A DNA stretch of 64,000 nucleotides, from the NCBI GenBank assembly GCA_951406725.2, contig OX597824.1, forward strand, positions 43,338,001 to 43,402,000, read 5' to 3'. Every line of letters begins with the position of its first letter. Positions within the stretch are counted from its first letter, which is position 1. Below the pieces are notes generated by a model. That model was not told where the DNA came from, did no database searches, and was given only the letters and a program-made list of their open reading frames with translations. This DNA is from Octopus vulgaris (Eukaryota). The position numbers and the translations under genes were made by a program. Positions 39,703 through 53,744 of the stretch are shown piece after piece.

Positions 39703-40572
39703 CAATATCAATGCATTTTAATTATGGTTTTCCGGAAATGCATGCGAAATGACATACGATAACCTCTTTTATACTGTCCCCGGCTGGAGTGAAGTGTCCA
39801 TGGCCGGACTACAGTTTATGTGCATGTACGAAGACAAGTAACCTCTCATTTGAATTTATGCTTGGCAAACATTGCATGTTCGAAAAGCTCTACAACTTCA
39901 TTTGCTATTTGTGTGTGATGTAAGACATTCAAAAATGTTCATTACTTTTTTTCTTACATATTTATTTTCATTTATAGTGTATGTTTTCTTCTTACTTTTT
40001 CTTCAATACTAATGATATTTTGTTTTAAGCCTGTTTCAGTTGCTGCCAACGTTTTGTGTTGAAACCTCCTCGGTTATGGAAATGGCTCTTATTTTCACAT
40101 TTTTTTTTTTTTTTGTTAGATGTCATCATCCATGTACTCATCGTTGTTTTTTAATATAAAATGCACGTTCTGTTAATAACTGCTTTGCAACATTTCATCT
40201 TATTGCTATCTGCTTTATATTTTACGTTTTCAACTGTTGCATGCTTTGCCGGACTTCTACAAAAAAATTATTATTGCTTTAACAACAGTAAATATACTTT
40301 TAGTATTTTCTTTTCCAGCATAAGTAATACTAAGATTAAATATCTACAAATCAGCTTACTTCACTTTAATTTTGTATGCAACAATATTTAATTATATAAT
40401 TGCATCTTATATAAACAGACAATACACTCATTTGTTCGGTTTGCTTTAAAGGGGTGATAATAATGTGAATGAGATGGCCTAATATTCCACTACATATGAA
40501 CGTATGTAGGATAACTGTACTTAGAATATTGTATCTAGTAACGAACGCTAAGTGTATTAAAAATGCATTGAA

Positions 40573-40622
<50 letters not shown>

Positions 40623-40845
40623 TAAAATTTACTGGCAGCACTTAGGCAGTAGTTTTTATTGCTTTTTAAATGCACGTTCCTTTAACATAATTGCATTTCA
40701 TTTTATAACGTTTCCAACTGTTGACGATCAAGCTTTCTTCATGTTGCATGTCTTGCCAACCTTCTTCCCCCATTTATTCCACATGCATACTTATGCATTT
40801 ACACTATAGGAATATATGATACAGTATATATACAGTATGTATGTG

Positions 40846-40879
<34 letters not shown>

Positions 40880-40963
40880 AGTATATATATATATATATAA
40901 GTATATATATATGTATATATATGTATATATGTATATATGTATATATATATATATGTGTGTGTA

Positions 40964-41005
<42 letters not shown>

Positions 41006-41069
41006 TGTGTGTATACACACACACACACACCTATATATATGAAATAGAAAGAGAGAGAGAGGAGGAGAC

Positions 41070-41345
41070 AGCAATTTTAGTGAGAGGTGGGGTTAGTTCA
41101 TACACATCGATTTTACTTGACTGGTATTTTATTTTATCAATGCCAGAGAGAGGAAAGCAAAGTTAGCCTTGACAGGATTTGAACTCCAATGCAGAACCGA
41201 AACGAATACCGTCAAGTATTTTCCCGGCAGTCTAATGATTCTGCTAGTGCATTATCTCAATAATTCTTTCCACAATAGACACCAGGCCTGAAATCCGCTA
41301 AGCATTTTGTTCGCCGTGGTGACCTTTCTGCCAGGTCGCCGCCTT
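41070..41345 (-). mobile_element. Decayed family A SINEs (two pieces)
   Basis: ctggtatttt..gcaaagttagcc..tttgaactc and ccgctaagcatttt..ctgccaggtcgccgcc. Confidence 0.7.
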
Positions 41346-41375
41346 ACTCGTTACTATAATAATAATGATAAGGAC

Positions 41376-42590
41376 ATTTTTTTTATCACCAGAGCGACGG
41401 ATAAAAGATACAATGGAAAGACAAACATAAAGTGTGAGTTGTTACAGAGAATGGGATGATTAAAAAAAACGTATACATGAGGTAGAGAAATAACAAAAAG
41501 TAAACGAATGCAAGTAGACATGATGTACAGCATCAGAAAAAGAAAGATGATAATGGTGTAATCCTCCTGGTTCAGTAGGACTTCTATGGCCTATAGAGAA
41601 ACACCAAAATCCAAGATCCTGGACACCAGGGCGAAGTGCTCGCTCCAGTTTTTGCTCTCCAAGTCCACTCAATCTATTCTCGCCACTTTCACCAACCTTT
41701 CAATAGAATTACTCCAGCAGAGCGCCTCCCTTTTCATGTGAAACTTGAAAAAGTTGATGGAGGCTTTAGTAAATAGGAAAATCTGCCCTTTTACATTTCA
41801 GTTTCGTCTACTACACAGCCTCTTTCACTATAGCGAACAAAAGAAAACTAGCTTTCCTACTCTATTAAAAGCTGACGGCGAGGCAATGATCACTATTGAC
41901 TTAGCTAGCAGCCAGATCCATCCCAAATGCGACAGCCGCTTCTTGATATAACTCCCAAATGAGCAATACCCGGACACAGTACGATTGCTTGTAGAACAGT
42001 TTCGTCGCTCAGCACGCATCTCGGACAAGCCCATCTGATAGTACTTTTGTTCAGTACTTTTGATAGCACTACAGTGGTGGGGCTACTCAAAGTAGTAGCC
42101 CCAAAACAGTAGTAGTACACGGTCAAGGACTGAAAATTATCCATGGTAGCACCCGACCAGAAAATTCTCCGGAACAGACTAGCCAGTTTGTTTCCGTCCA
42201 CACTCAAGGTCTGCCCTAGAACGTTGCTATCCTTTCCTGCCACTATAGCACTTCGGTAGCTTCTAATAGCATGGTGGTGATGTCGTCCATGCACTCCGAA
42301 ACAGCTTTACCGGACCCACCTTTAAATGGTTGCACTTCGACTGTTCCAAATTCCGCAGCTGTGGCTTAAGAGCCAACACGCACAAAAGATACGAGAGCGG
42401 ATTGCTATGATGAACCGAGCACGCGATGTGAAACTGTCCCGGTATGTGGCCGATTACTTTAACCATCGAGTAGATACGGTTGTGCATTCCAGCAATCTTA
42501 ACTCTAGAGACGGTTCCGAACCCAACCGATTTCAAGACGGCTTCCAAGTAATGATGGTTTACCATCTCGATAACTTTTGACTGATTTAAG
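41376..42590 (-). mobile_element. L1/Tx1-like LINE 3' half
   Basis: QSKVIEMVNHHYLEAVLKSVGFG and HSNPLSYLLCVLALKP. The A-rich 3' end at ~41376 is next to an AAT repeat. Confidence 0.82.
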
Positions 42591-43619
42591 AACTTAAACC
42601 AAAACCATGAAACATTGCAAGATTTGTCGCCAGTTGTTCTTCCTAGCTTTCAATTGGTTAATAGCATCAAGTTCTTTACCTTTATACAAGAGCAATTTGA
42701 GTTCACGTCAGATCTGATAATTTTCTAAATAGACAGGTTTCCCTTCATCTGCCGAAAGAATTGATGTTCATGAGTATATTACTCCAATTGGGTGCACCAA
42801 TTTGAAAAAAAATTTTTCGATGAACAACATACGGCTAAACGAAAATGAGCATACCTTTTGATGTTTAGTATATCAACTGTTGGCAACACACTCCTTCAAT
42901 ATTTCCGAGTACTATGTAGAATTTCCCGTACTATGTAGAAAAGCCGTTTCATTGAACTTAAGAAAAAAAGTCTGATACAATCTACTGTAATTCCTGTAGT
43001 ATTATAAATTGTCGCAAATTATCTCTGTAATAGTAGGTCTCGTTGGCAGAAGCACTGCATTTCAAGTCAGGCACAATACCATCCTTACCAGAATTTTGCA
43101 GTTCCCTTACTTTTCTTGATATCGTCTTTCTTTGTGTATTTTCTTGAAATATCTCTACTTTGTCAAACTTCAATCTCGAGTTTATATCTTTTATAAAAGA
43201 AACGTCACATTCACCTCTCACAGTTCTAGTTTCAACAATAGTAAATATACTAGAGTTATTCGATTTTGTGTACGTCGATGTATCAGGAAGAACCCCTTCT
43301 GTTTTTTCCTTTGAATTTTCGCCACCTTTTACTCGCGCAGTCTGCCCTAGAAGTGTATTTTGTTTTGTTTAAAAAACAAAACAGATTATAAGAAAACTGA
43401 AATAAAATATAGGAGCTCACTTAGATACAAATTGAATTAGGTTTAACAGTATTGATAGTGCTGAAAACAACGAACTAGTTATGAAGTAACATTGAACTTT
43501 GAACTATGACCAACTAAGGACTTATATTGTTTTCAGTTTATTAAGTTGATTTTTCATAAAACAACTAATTTGTGAAAACGTTTGAACCTCAGGGTTAGTA
43601 GTACTCCCTTCTAAAGTCT

Positions 43620-44460
43620 CCACAAAGTGGTTACTTAAGTGGCCTAACAGTGGCACCGACCCTGAAGGTGCCTAAAAGTAAATGGATACAAGAGAAAGTG
43701 GAGGTGAGAAGTAAGGAGTCAGGGACTCGCCTGTGTGTGTGTGTGTGTGTGCGTGTCAGTGTGTGTATGTATGTGTATGTGTGTAGTGTATGTGTGTGTT
43801 CATGTGTACGTTTGAGAGTGTGTGTGCATGTGTGTGTGTCTGTGTGTGCGCGTGTCTTTGTGTCTGAGTGCGTCTGAGATTGTGGATGTGTCTGTATGTA
43901 TACGAGTTTGTTAGCGTATGTGGGCATTTACATGTATGCACATGTGTGTGTTGTGAGTCTGCATATGAGAGTATATGTGTGTATCTGTTTTTGAATGTAT
44001 GTATATATAAATGTACGTGCTTTTGTATATCTGACTGTGCATGTGTATGTGTGGTCGTGTTAGTGTGTATGTGTGTGATTGTATTGAGAGAGAAAGAGGG
44101 AGAGTGGGAGAAGGAAAGAGAGAATGAGTGATGAGGAGTGAGACGGACAAAAGAGACACTGTGAGAAAGAGGGTAAATGTGTATGAGGGAGAGTGAACAA
44201 TAGAGAGTGAGAGAGAGGACGGTGGAAAGGATGGAGGAACAAAAATAATGACAAAGAAAACAAGAACAAAGTGAAGTATACAAATAATGTCGATGCAAAA
44301 AGCATGGTGTTGGTTGATGTATTGGCGGCAGTGAAGTGACGATACTAGAAGTGTGTAACGCTAGAAAGAAGTAACAGCCAAGCAAGTGTAACATTAGACG
44401 GCCAAGGCTGTTACATGAATAATATATGACTAGACTTTGGTTGGTCAATTTTACTTGTTA
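43620..44460. mobile_element. Unclassified element with GT/GA-rich interior and a near-terminal hairpin
   Basis: gtaacagcc...ggctgttac stem at 44371-44414. Sits inside the Tx1 gap. Confidence 0.4.
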
Positions 44461-44499
44461 ACTGAATGTTGGGAAGATAATGGCGATAGGGAGCGTTGG

Positions 44500-44708
44500 C
44501 GGTGAAAGCGCTGATAAGGACGACGACGAGGTTGATGATGGGAATGATGAAGGCAACGACGACAACGATGATAATGATGATGATTATGATGATGATGATG
44601 ATGATGATGATGGTGATGACATTATTGCTGATAACAGTAATTGTGGTGGTAGTAGTAGCGGTAGTGGTAGCAGTAGTGGTAGCAGTAGTGGTAGCAGTAG
44701 TGACAATG

Positions 44709-44746
<38 letters not shown>

Positions 44747-44800
44747 GGTGGTGATAGTGGTGGTGGTGGTGGTGGTGGTGGTGGTGGATGGTGGTGGCGG
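44500..44800. repeat. (GAT)n/(GTA)n/(GGT)n microsatellites
   Basis: Directly visible. Confidence 0.95.
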
Positions 44801-44879
44801 TATCTGTGTCGCCAGTGGGGGCACTTATGGCAATAATAGTACTGCTGCCAGCTGTAGATATCAGCCAAAGAGATCACCG

Positions 44880-47800
44880 AACAAATGTGGAATAAACTTC
44901 AAACAAATGTGGAATAAACTTCGAAAGGTAGACCATCCGGCTTCGGAGACTGCTCCATTGTGCAGCAAGTTATCGCGTTCCGTATGTTCTCGGCTATTAT
45001 CGGCATTTCACAGAACTCCGCATCCGTGACCGAGATCCATGCCATGCCATCGAGGTAGCAGGTGAAATCTACCCCTGCCTCCGAGTTACCACGCGCTTCA
45101 TTCGGTTCGGCAAAGTGTCGCTGTAATTCCGCACACATTTGCTTGCATTTAAGTGGTATGTGTCCGTCCCAACCCATCAAAAACCAAATTGAGGCTTTCT
45201 TATCACGTTGTGCCTTCACCACCAGGCGAACGGCTTTCATTCCCTCTTAATGCACGCGCCCTAGCTCGAACTACGCAACCTTTGAGCCTGGCATTGAAGA
45301 ATTGACCAAGAGCCAATCTCGGCTCCAGAGCATCGGTCATTTTGCCTCTTCTAACTGTATCTTATAGCTTCCTGATTAGGTCTCCTCTATTCTAAATTCC
45401 TCTAACGTCATTTCTTTACTCAATCCAAACGTCTCTACTCTAAAGCTCCTTTTTAGGCTTTCCACCAAAGGTTGTTGATGGTCTCATTCGAGAACTTCCG
45501 ATGAACTAACCTGCTAACCCGGTCTCTAAAAATTTGACGCTCCGAGAAAGATGAGTTCAGTTTCCAGTATCCGGGTCCCTGTCTATGGATCTTATCTAGG
45601 TCGATTGTACAGATTCCAAATTTCCGATCTAGGTAACCGACGACATTGAATTGTGGATGACTTATTCAACTTCTGTCAAAAGCTTCCTAATCACCCTATC
45701 TAAATACTATCTGGAAAAATTGATATTGTTACACTGTTACCTCTATACACATTTGGCGCATTCGGAAACCAGTCGGTATCTGTCATCTATTGCTCACATC
45801 TAGGACCTTACCTTCCGAGCTCAGAAAAATTGCCCGTATCTTGAGATCCAGTCATTTCCTAATCAGTTGTGCCACCCCACTCCCATTCCAGGTCGATACA
45901 GAGATGCGTAGATCTAAGTCGTCGAAAATAGATACTAGATCATATGTATCGGAAATCCTAGTCTCACAGACGGTCATCATATCCATATATAGTGCCTTGA
46001 GGTTATTGAACAGGCGAGCATGCTCCCAAGGTGACCCCAGGCAACACTCTTAGACTCGCCATGATGACCGGAGAGAGAGTTCAGAGATGATAAAACGAGT
46101 GAGACTACTTGCTTACCTGGCTCCGCTGGAGGTCAGGTGATTCAACCTCTATATATTATTGGGATCCCTTTGAGAACCCCCTTTAAAGCCTACTCATGGC
46201 TTTTTATAAGGGTTTCCCACGTCGTGAGGAAAGCTCTTCCTAATGTTTTTATATGTTTCCAGCGGCTAGTAAGGCTCTCCTCCTTAGCATGAATTTTTGT
46301 TTTTGTATGATTGGTTGATGCCGTTGTGCGTGTGTTTCCTTTTGATGGGTTCTTTGTTACGTTGTGGTAGTATTGGTGGAGTTGATTGTGATAGCGGTGG
46401 ATGTGCCGACGATTGTGGTGCTGGAGAGGTTGGTGTTGCTGTAGGTGTGTATGTGATTGTTGTGGGTATGTTTTCTGTTTTTATGTGTATTGGTGTTTTA
46501 TTTTTAGTCGCTGTCTTTTTTGGTTTGGCGGGGTTCTCTCTCATTTTCTCTATGTGATGCAGAGGTGTCAGTATTTGTGGAATCTAGGTGAGTCTATATG
46601 CGTATTTGTGTTTAGAGAAGACGGAGAGAGAGAGAGAGAGAGAGAGAGTTCGTTAGGAGAACCATTGTATATTGTGTGTGTCCATCATTATTCCTTCTGC
46701 TGTCGAAGGTGGTGGTGGTGCGTCTCCTACTGGTATTGTTGGTATTGGTGTTGTTGTTGATGCTGGTATTGTTACTCGTGTTGTTGCTGGTGTTGGTGTT
46801 CTTCCAGCACTTGGTGGTTTTAATGTTCCTGTTGTTGATGTTGCCGTTGTTGCGGGGGTTGGTGCCGTTTTTGCTGTTTTCGTTGTTGTTCGCTGTTAGT
46901 TTAGTTATGGCTTTTGGAGATCTGGTGTTGGCAATCAGCGGTCCTACGGTACCCTGTCACTTGTGGAGAGTAAAAGGTTCTCAAGTTGCTATTCTCCTCA
47001 CACGGGTGGCTCCAAGGCCTTCTACACTCAACTGCAGATCCTCCTCGCCCAGAAGACAAATGAAGTGAGATCTTATAGGCGTTGCCTGGTTTGACGTGGA
47101 GCAGCACCTCCACACTGATCCCTAACTAGTTTTCAAGACGGGTTCGCTTCACCTCCTGGAGGCTGTTACTCCCTTCCAATACGATGCACCTTAAAATTCA
47201 CCATATATTCAACTCAGGTGGAATTCTTAAGATCTTCATCGTCCTCATTAAATATAATGGATGAAGAACATATTTATCGCTCCGACAGGAACCAAAGAGT
47301 GTTTGGTGACTAAGGCTTCACTCTTCAAGAGCACTGAAATGCCGGTAAATTGGTTGGCTCTCGAAATATATTGTACATCGGGCATTATTTCTTGAAACGC
47401 TCTTTCCACATCTATTTAACTATCTGTCTCCGGCTGTTTTGAGTATATGTATACACATTTATATATTATAAATTGCTTGAGTGTTTCTTCCAACACTTCG
47501 GCGGGGATGGCTAAGTCAGCCAGTGAATTTTCTAGCCTTATCAGTTTCGCCGCGTGCGCAAGACATAAGTTTTTATGTAGGATATCCATATTATACAGTT
47601 CACTACTTTTAGCAGCCGATGCCTGTGGTACTGTTGCATTCACTGGGAGAAGGTCAACTAGTTGGAATTAAATCTCATGCTGTGTTGTCATGGGTGTTGT
47701 TGCTGCCGCTGTTATTCGACATAGTGATATTCTGGTCCACTGGAATTTCAAATTGGTGATATTCACCTCCCCATCTATTTAAGGGTTGAAGGCGAAGGAT

Positions 47801-47950
47801 TGACATGTATTGTAACTTACAATCAGAGTTATCTCTGACTTTCTGCTCCATGTCACTGAGCAGAGCGGATAACGGCATGTTTGTTTGTAAAATTATTTTT
47901 ATAACAGATATTGAAAATTTTCTCTTTGAATTTGTGTCCCCGAAGGGGCA
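44880..47950 (-). mobile_element. L1/Tx1-like LINE 5' half (ORF1, APE, start of RT)
   Basis: VECRRPWSHPCEENSNL (degenerate knuckle), LYMDMMTVCETRI, GPGYWKLNSS (rc of ~45555-45580) and SPKPDGLPFEVY. Confidence 0.82.
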
Positions 47951-48519
47951 CTAGCAAATCAACCAATCAGACTTATACAATGGTGGTAGTTTCAAAAACG
48001 TTTTGTGACAACATTAAACAATTAACAACTTTTGGAGACAAAATTAAAAATAAAACTTACGAGCGATACGACACGCGTCCAGCCAGTACCGATGACGATG
48101 ATGATGATGATCATGATCATGATCATGATGATGGTGGTGGTGATGATGATCATGATGAGGATGAGGATGATGATAAACAATAGTAGTCGTCATCAACATA
48201 GGTTAGTGACCATAGATCGTTGAAAGGCAAAATATAAAGGTCAGGAGTAAAGAGTCCCTAGGGTAAATGATAGAAGATGAGATATTAGTGCAAAGGATAG
48301 TAAAATCGATATCGCCATTGGCAACCAATAGATAAAAGGAATAATCAGACAAATATTATTTGTTGTAGCAGCGATATTTTACAGAAGTAGTCAATCAGGT
48401 TGAACTCAATATATTGTTAACCAAACTCATTTTTCAACATTTTATATGTTGGCACATTAACGGCAGCACAAAATCTTTTATGTAGTGACACCATACATAG
48501 CTCGATGTAATGTACCCAT

Positions 48520-49170
48520 AAATGTCAGTACTTCAGTTTCTACATATTCGCACTTTGCATGCCAGTACATCACTGTCTAAATGTTGGTATTTTGCATGTC
48601 AGTATTCTATTCTCAATATTTCCATACATTACATGCCAGTGCTATATTCTCTAAATGGTAGTACCTTACACGCCAGTGGAACGGTCTGTACATGTTGGTA
48701 CCTTACATGTTAGTACTACACTCTCTGCATACTGACACCTTATGTCAGAACTAGTTTCTACATGATAGTAATTTAATGCGAGTATTACAGTCCTTACATG
48801 TTGTTACTATGTATGTCAGTGCTACCCTCTCTACACGTGTGCACTTACATGTCAGTATTACATTCTCTACACAGTGAAATCTTATATGTCAGAACTACAC
48901 TTTTCATAGGTCGGTACCTATCGTACATACCAGTACTGCAGTTTCTACACGTTGATACCTACCTTACATATCAATACTGCAGTCTCTATATGTTGATAGC
49001 ACTACATTTTCTACGTGTTAGTACCCTACATGTCAGTACTATAGACAGTACATAGTGTAACTTATACGTCAATAGTACATTTTCTATGCGTTGGTACCTT
49101 ACATGTGTAGTACCCTTACTTTTCTTTCCACGTCAGTGCCATAGAAATCAGTACTACAGTACTTCACACG
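48520..49170. repeat. Degenerate minisatellite built on tacatgtcagtac(t/c)
   Basis: The motif recurs about every 20 bp with heavy divergence. Confidence 0.75.
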
Positions 49171-49203
49171 CTAATAGGATTACCTTTCTATTATTATTAT
49201 TAT

Positions 49204-49294
<91 letters not shown>

Positions 49295-50214
49295 GCCGCT
49301 GCTGCTGCTGCTGCTGCTACTACTGCTACCATTACTATTGATGTTGTTGCGGTCGTTATTGTGGGTAACACAGCACATCTCGAAACGGCATAGCTATGCT
49401 GTTTAACAGTAGCTGCTGAATGAATCTAAAAACGTGAAAAATCGACGAGTTAATACTGGAAATTAGAAATTGTTCATGAGTATTCCCAACTAGAGATTAA
49501 ACAAATTTCAACCGTTGTATGAACTGATCCATCTAAAATGTATTTCTATTTCAAGATGACGGCCAGATATTTTGGAAGTCGCATCTTCACGTCTGGCCAA
49601 TTTACAAGAAAAACAAATTATATCGATTTTTTCGTTCAGAAAACTTGCATAAAATCTCTACAGTTCGAGGTGATTTGCGTCGGCTACAGTAAAGACAACA
49701 AGCAAAACATTAAGTATGTTAGTGTGCTATGAGGAGAAAATTTCTCAAACAATTCGAACATTAGTCTTCAGAGCATTTGCAATTCGTTTCCATTCACATA
49801 AAATGGATTATCGACTCTTAAAATGACTGCCAGATATTCCCAATTTTGCCAAATAATACGTCATTTGCAATCTTTCCAAATTTATTTTCGTATAAACAAA
49901 ATAATGTTGACATTTTTTTAACATTCTTGACGTATATGTAGTACATAGAAATAAAATTAGCTCGTAAAGAAATTATATACATGTATGTGTGTGTGTGTGT
50001 GTGTGTGTGTACATATACACACATGCACACACAAACACACACGCACAAACACATGAAAAACGAGGAAAACATAATTTTAAGCTGTTTATAAGATACACGC
50101 TTTTCTGTGATCCGAATGTCGCTATTACGTAGGGGGAATGGCCAGTTACACAAACTGATGGGCACGTTTCTTCGGTATTTTCAGCGAAAAAATACATAAA
50201 TTCACACTTGAGAA

Positions 50215-51300
50215 AAGTCTTGCATATTTTTATTGTTACACTCAAAGATTGCACTTGCAATATACGAATTAGCCGGTCGATTTCTCTTTCTGAAAACCCC
50301 AGCTTATCCAGATTCTCCTTTAAGCATTTACCAACAAAACCTAGTGCTCCAATTACTATTGCTATGAATACGAATTCATAGTCTGGATATAAAAGCTAGA
50401 GGTTTCGAAGCATTTATTCATAGATGTCCTCTTTTTCTTTGATTTTCAAAGAGATATTTATATCTGCAGGGCAGCTGACCTCTATGACGGTGCATACCTT
50501 TGCCCCTCTGTCCCAAACACAATATTTGACCTGTTATGTTTACATCTGACAGAAGTTTTGATGAGAATATTCCACCAGTATTCCTTGAGTTGGTGTTTAT
50601 GAATGTATTCCATAACAGGGAGATTTTCTAAGTTTATTTCAGGATAGTCTTTCTCATGGATGGCATTGTAAATTATTTTAGCGACAACATCGTGCCGCAT
50701 AGGAGTTAGTACCGTCAAGAATTTTAGGACAGCTGCTAATCACATGCGTGATGTCTTCCACAGAAACATGACATAGCTTACACATGCGGTTGCACTTTAG
50801 GATTACAAGAGCGTCACTGTCTCTCTTGTTAACCAGGTACTTTATGGCAATCTCTTGTTCCTGGATTGCAAATGCATAACCTTCAAGTGTGATCTGATGT
50901 AGTGTTCTTGCGGCCAAGAGAGGCTATTCTTCGTATCAATTCTACAGTCTTTTTCAAGCTTCCGAGCAACATACTCATGCATAGTCTTTTTGTTTGTATG
51001 CTGAGTCCTTTCTATCCACGTCTTCTCTGAGGTAAGAGAGCCCAGCTGTTTTGGGGCTGTATAGGAGATCATCAGGGAAAGAGGGCTTCTTTAGGATCTC
51101 GCTGCCAACTCATAAAATGTTGCTCACTTCACTTTTCAGCACTGCATTTATATATTCATTTTTGCTGCTGTTGTTCAGCAGGTACTGCCTGAGTGATACC
51201 ATACGGCATTCGAAGGCCGTCTGCACTGATCTCAGGCCTCTACCATCTTCATTTCTTCTTAGTAGAGCCTGTAAACATTACTACTTCTGTGGAAGTTCCC
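50215..51300 (-). mobile_element. R4/Dong-like LINE C-terminal remnant
   Basis: EGYAFAIQEQEI, CKLCHVSVEDITHVISSCP, RHDVVAK, KHNRSNIV, EVSCPADIN and IVIGALGF. Confidence 0.88.
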
Positions 51301-51769
51301 TGTTGTCGTCAGGATTTTGCGGGTTCTGATAGTGGATTTCCTCTATGTACGGATGTATGTATGTATGTATGTATGTATGTATGTATGTATGTATGTATGT
51401 ATGTATGTATGTATGCATGTATGTATGTACGACAGGGTTCCGGAGAGTTTCCGTCACAATGCTAAAGGAGAAAACACCCAAGTTGCTGTTCAGTGGCTGC
51501 GAAGCGAACTTCTTAAACCCACAGCATATTTGAACACAGAAAAAAGAGACAGGAATAAATACCGAGGTAAGCCAACTGAAATGACATCAATTACCATACC
51601 AACAATGTGAAAATTTCAATTTAAAACGGTTATATATGTTAAAAATGTCTTTACTTCGTCTGCAGCTGATATGGAAAGTGGAAAGGAAGACAACGGAGAG
51701 AGACGGAAAGAAAGTAGGGAGACTGAAGCAAAAGGAAGAGTCAAGAGGAAAGAAATTCCACTGTCTGCT

Positions 51770-51810
<41 letters not shown>

Positions 51811-51855
51811 ACAGTTATACATGCGCGCGCACGCATTCACTCACACACACACACA

Positions 51856-51906
<51 letters not shown>

Positions 51907-52059
51907 ATTGGTTTTCGAGCTGGAGTTGACAATTTTTATGTCTCCTTTTTTTCCGGAAGAACTTCATGTATTGGCAAACAGTCAACGGCGTTGGAAATCA
52001 TGAAGAATATAGCTGTAGTTGAGAAAAAATTAGTTGGCATGGAGGACAGTAAGCCATTT

Positions 52060-52725
52060 CAATAATGGAAAAGAGCTACCTGTAAGATGATGATTCGTGC
52101 TTGATATCAAAACGCGGACATTACAAGGATAGCTACAATGGAGACTACGAATACGTAGCCAGCAGGAAGGGACACAGCTAGTGTTCTGACTGCGTCCATA
52201 CGCTAGATTTCATCCCCAAGTCCTTGATCAGGGCCTTAGGCTCAATTCAAATGGCTATTTTAAGCTGCTTAAGATTGTGGTCAAACCATGGGTGAAGGTT
52301 ACTTCTGGTAAGCCATATATGTAGTAGGAGGATTCGGCTCCTTGCCATACTTCCGGAAAGATTCAGAAGTGTGGTCAGAGAATTTCTACAACTTCAGCAG
52401 CACGAATATCTGGCCTGCTAATTGCTCCGATTGTAATCACTGGATTACTAAATTAGTAGCGCAGATGAGAAAGACACCAGCCACTCTGTCTGAAGCAGCA
52501 AGGCAGAGCTGGTGGCCAAAATCAAGGCGGTTTCGAAGATCTTCACAGAGACACAGTAAGAACACATGCTCCAGATTGCGGAGCTGTCTTCAAGCCGTAG
52601 TCAGATGATGGCGGCTACTTTGACTACAGTTATTTCCCAGCCATAATCTAGTTGATACTTTTTGTTATATTAAAATACGTTTAATTTTGGATGGGATATT
52701 ATATTTTCTTATCCTGAGCATTCTT
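52060..52725 (+). mobile_element. Tc1/mariner DD37D (maT-like) remnant, internally deleted
   Basis: (QQ)DSAPCHTS...SENFYNF..NIWPANCSDCN(P)LDY gives a spacing of about 37 after allowing for frameshifts. Confidence 0.75.
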
Positions 52726-52740
52726 CATACACACATGCAT

Positions 52741-52775
<35 letters not shown>

Positions 52776-52812
52776 GTATGTATGTATGTATGTATGTATG
52801 TATGTATGTATG

Positions 52813-52864
<52 letters not shown>

Positions 52865-52865
52865 C

Positions 52866-52890
52866 ATATAAATAAGATGCTTATTTATGA

Positions 52891-52928
<38 letters not shown>

Positions 52929-52953
52929 TCATAAATAAGCATCTTATTTATAT
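52866..52953. repeat. Perfect palindrome centred on (TA)n
   Basis: atataaataagatgcttatttatgaattg-(ta)n-caattcataaataagcatcttatttatat. Confidence 0.95.
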
Positions 52954-52956
52954 CTT

Positions 52957-53032
52957 TTCGTATTTTCTACTGAAGAGGAAAAAATCTATTATGAGATTAA
53001 TTCCGAAATTGATTCAATATAGAAATAACGAA
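52957..53032 (+). ncRNA. Type I hammerhead ribozyme, complete core
   Basis: Stem I tttcta/tagaaa (extends with ttcgt/acgaa). CTGAAGA at 52970-52976. Stem II ggaa/ttcc (plus aatct/agatt). GAAA at 53005-53008. Stem III attg/caat. AUA cleavage triplet ends at 53019. Confidence 0.78.
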
Positions 53033-53744
53033 CTTTTTTAAAAAATTTTATTGGCTGGCTTTCCTCGATTTCAGCTCTTCATGTTTTCTCGCCTCTGATT
53101 CTTTGGTCTCCTCTTCCCCCACTCTCACATTTCTCTGTCGTTTTCACTTTGCACCTCACTGATTCTGTCGTCAAGCCAATCCTTGGCACACTCTCTTTCT
53201 TCTCCCCTCTTTAATTCCTTCTTTATCTCTCTTCTCCCCCCCCTTTGGTGCCTTTGTCCCTCTTTTTCTCTCTCCCTTTGATTCCTTTGCCCCTTTTTTT
53301 CTCTCTCTTCTCCTCTCACGTGACTGCCGGTCAACTAGCCTTTCGGCTTCTGACCACCGCCACGACAACATCGATTTCTTGGTCTGCCGTAAAGGCATTT
53401 TTTTCCAAATACTCCAGCTAAGCTAAGCTGAACTGTCTAAAGTCGTAAGACACCCGCTGTTTTTGTCCTGTTATTACTATTATTGTTTTTTGTATTTATA
53501 TTCGTGTGGCATCGTCCGTTTTTCTGTGCTTGTTTTGTACACATTCGATCCTTTTTCCAAGAAATCTAATACTCGTAGCTTAGTTTTTCCTTGGGGCTGG
53601 CTGGATCGGAGCGATCTCAAGATTAATCAGCCGAAATTGCGAGGATGATCCGGTTCTTGACTGAAGATTAGAGGCTTCGAATGACCCGTCCGTTTTTTGT
53701 GTCATCTATTTGAGTGTTTTGCGTTCTTGTCCCATTTTGTATTT

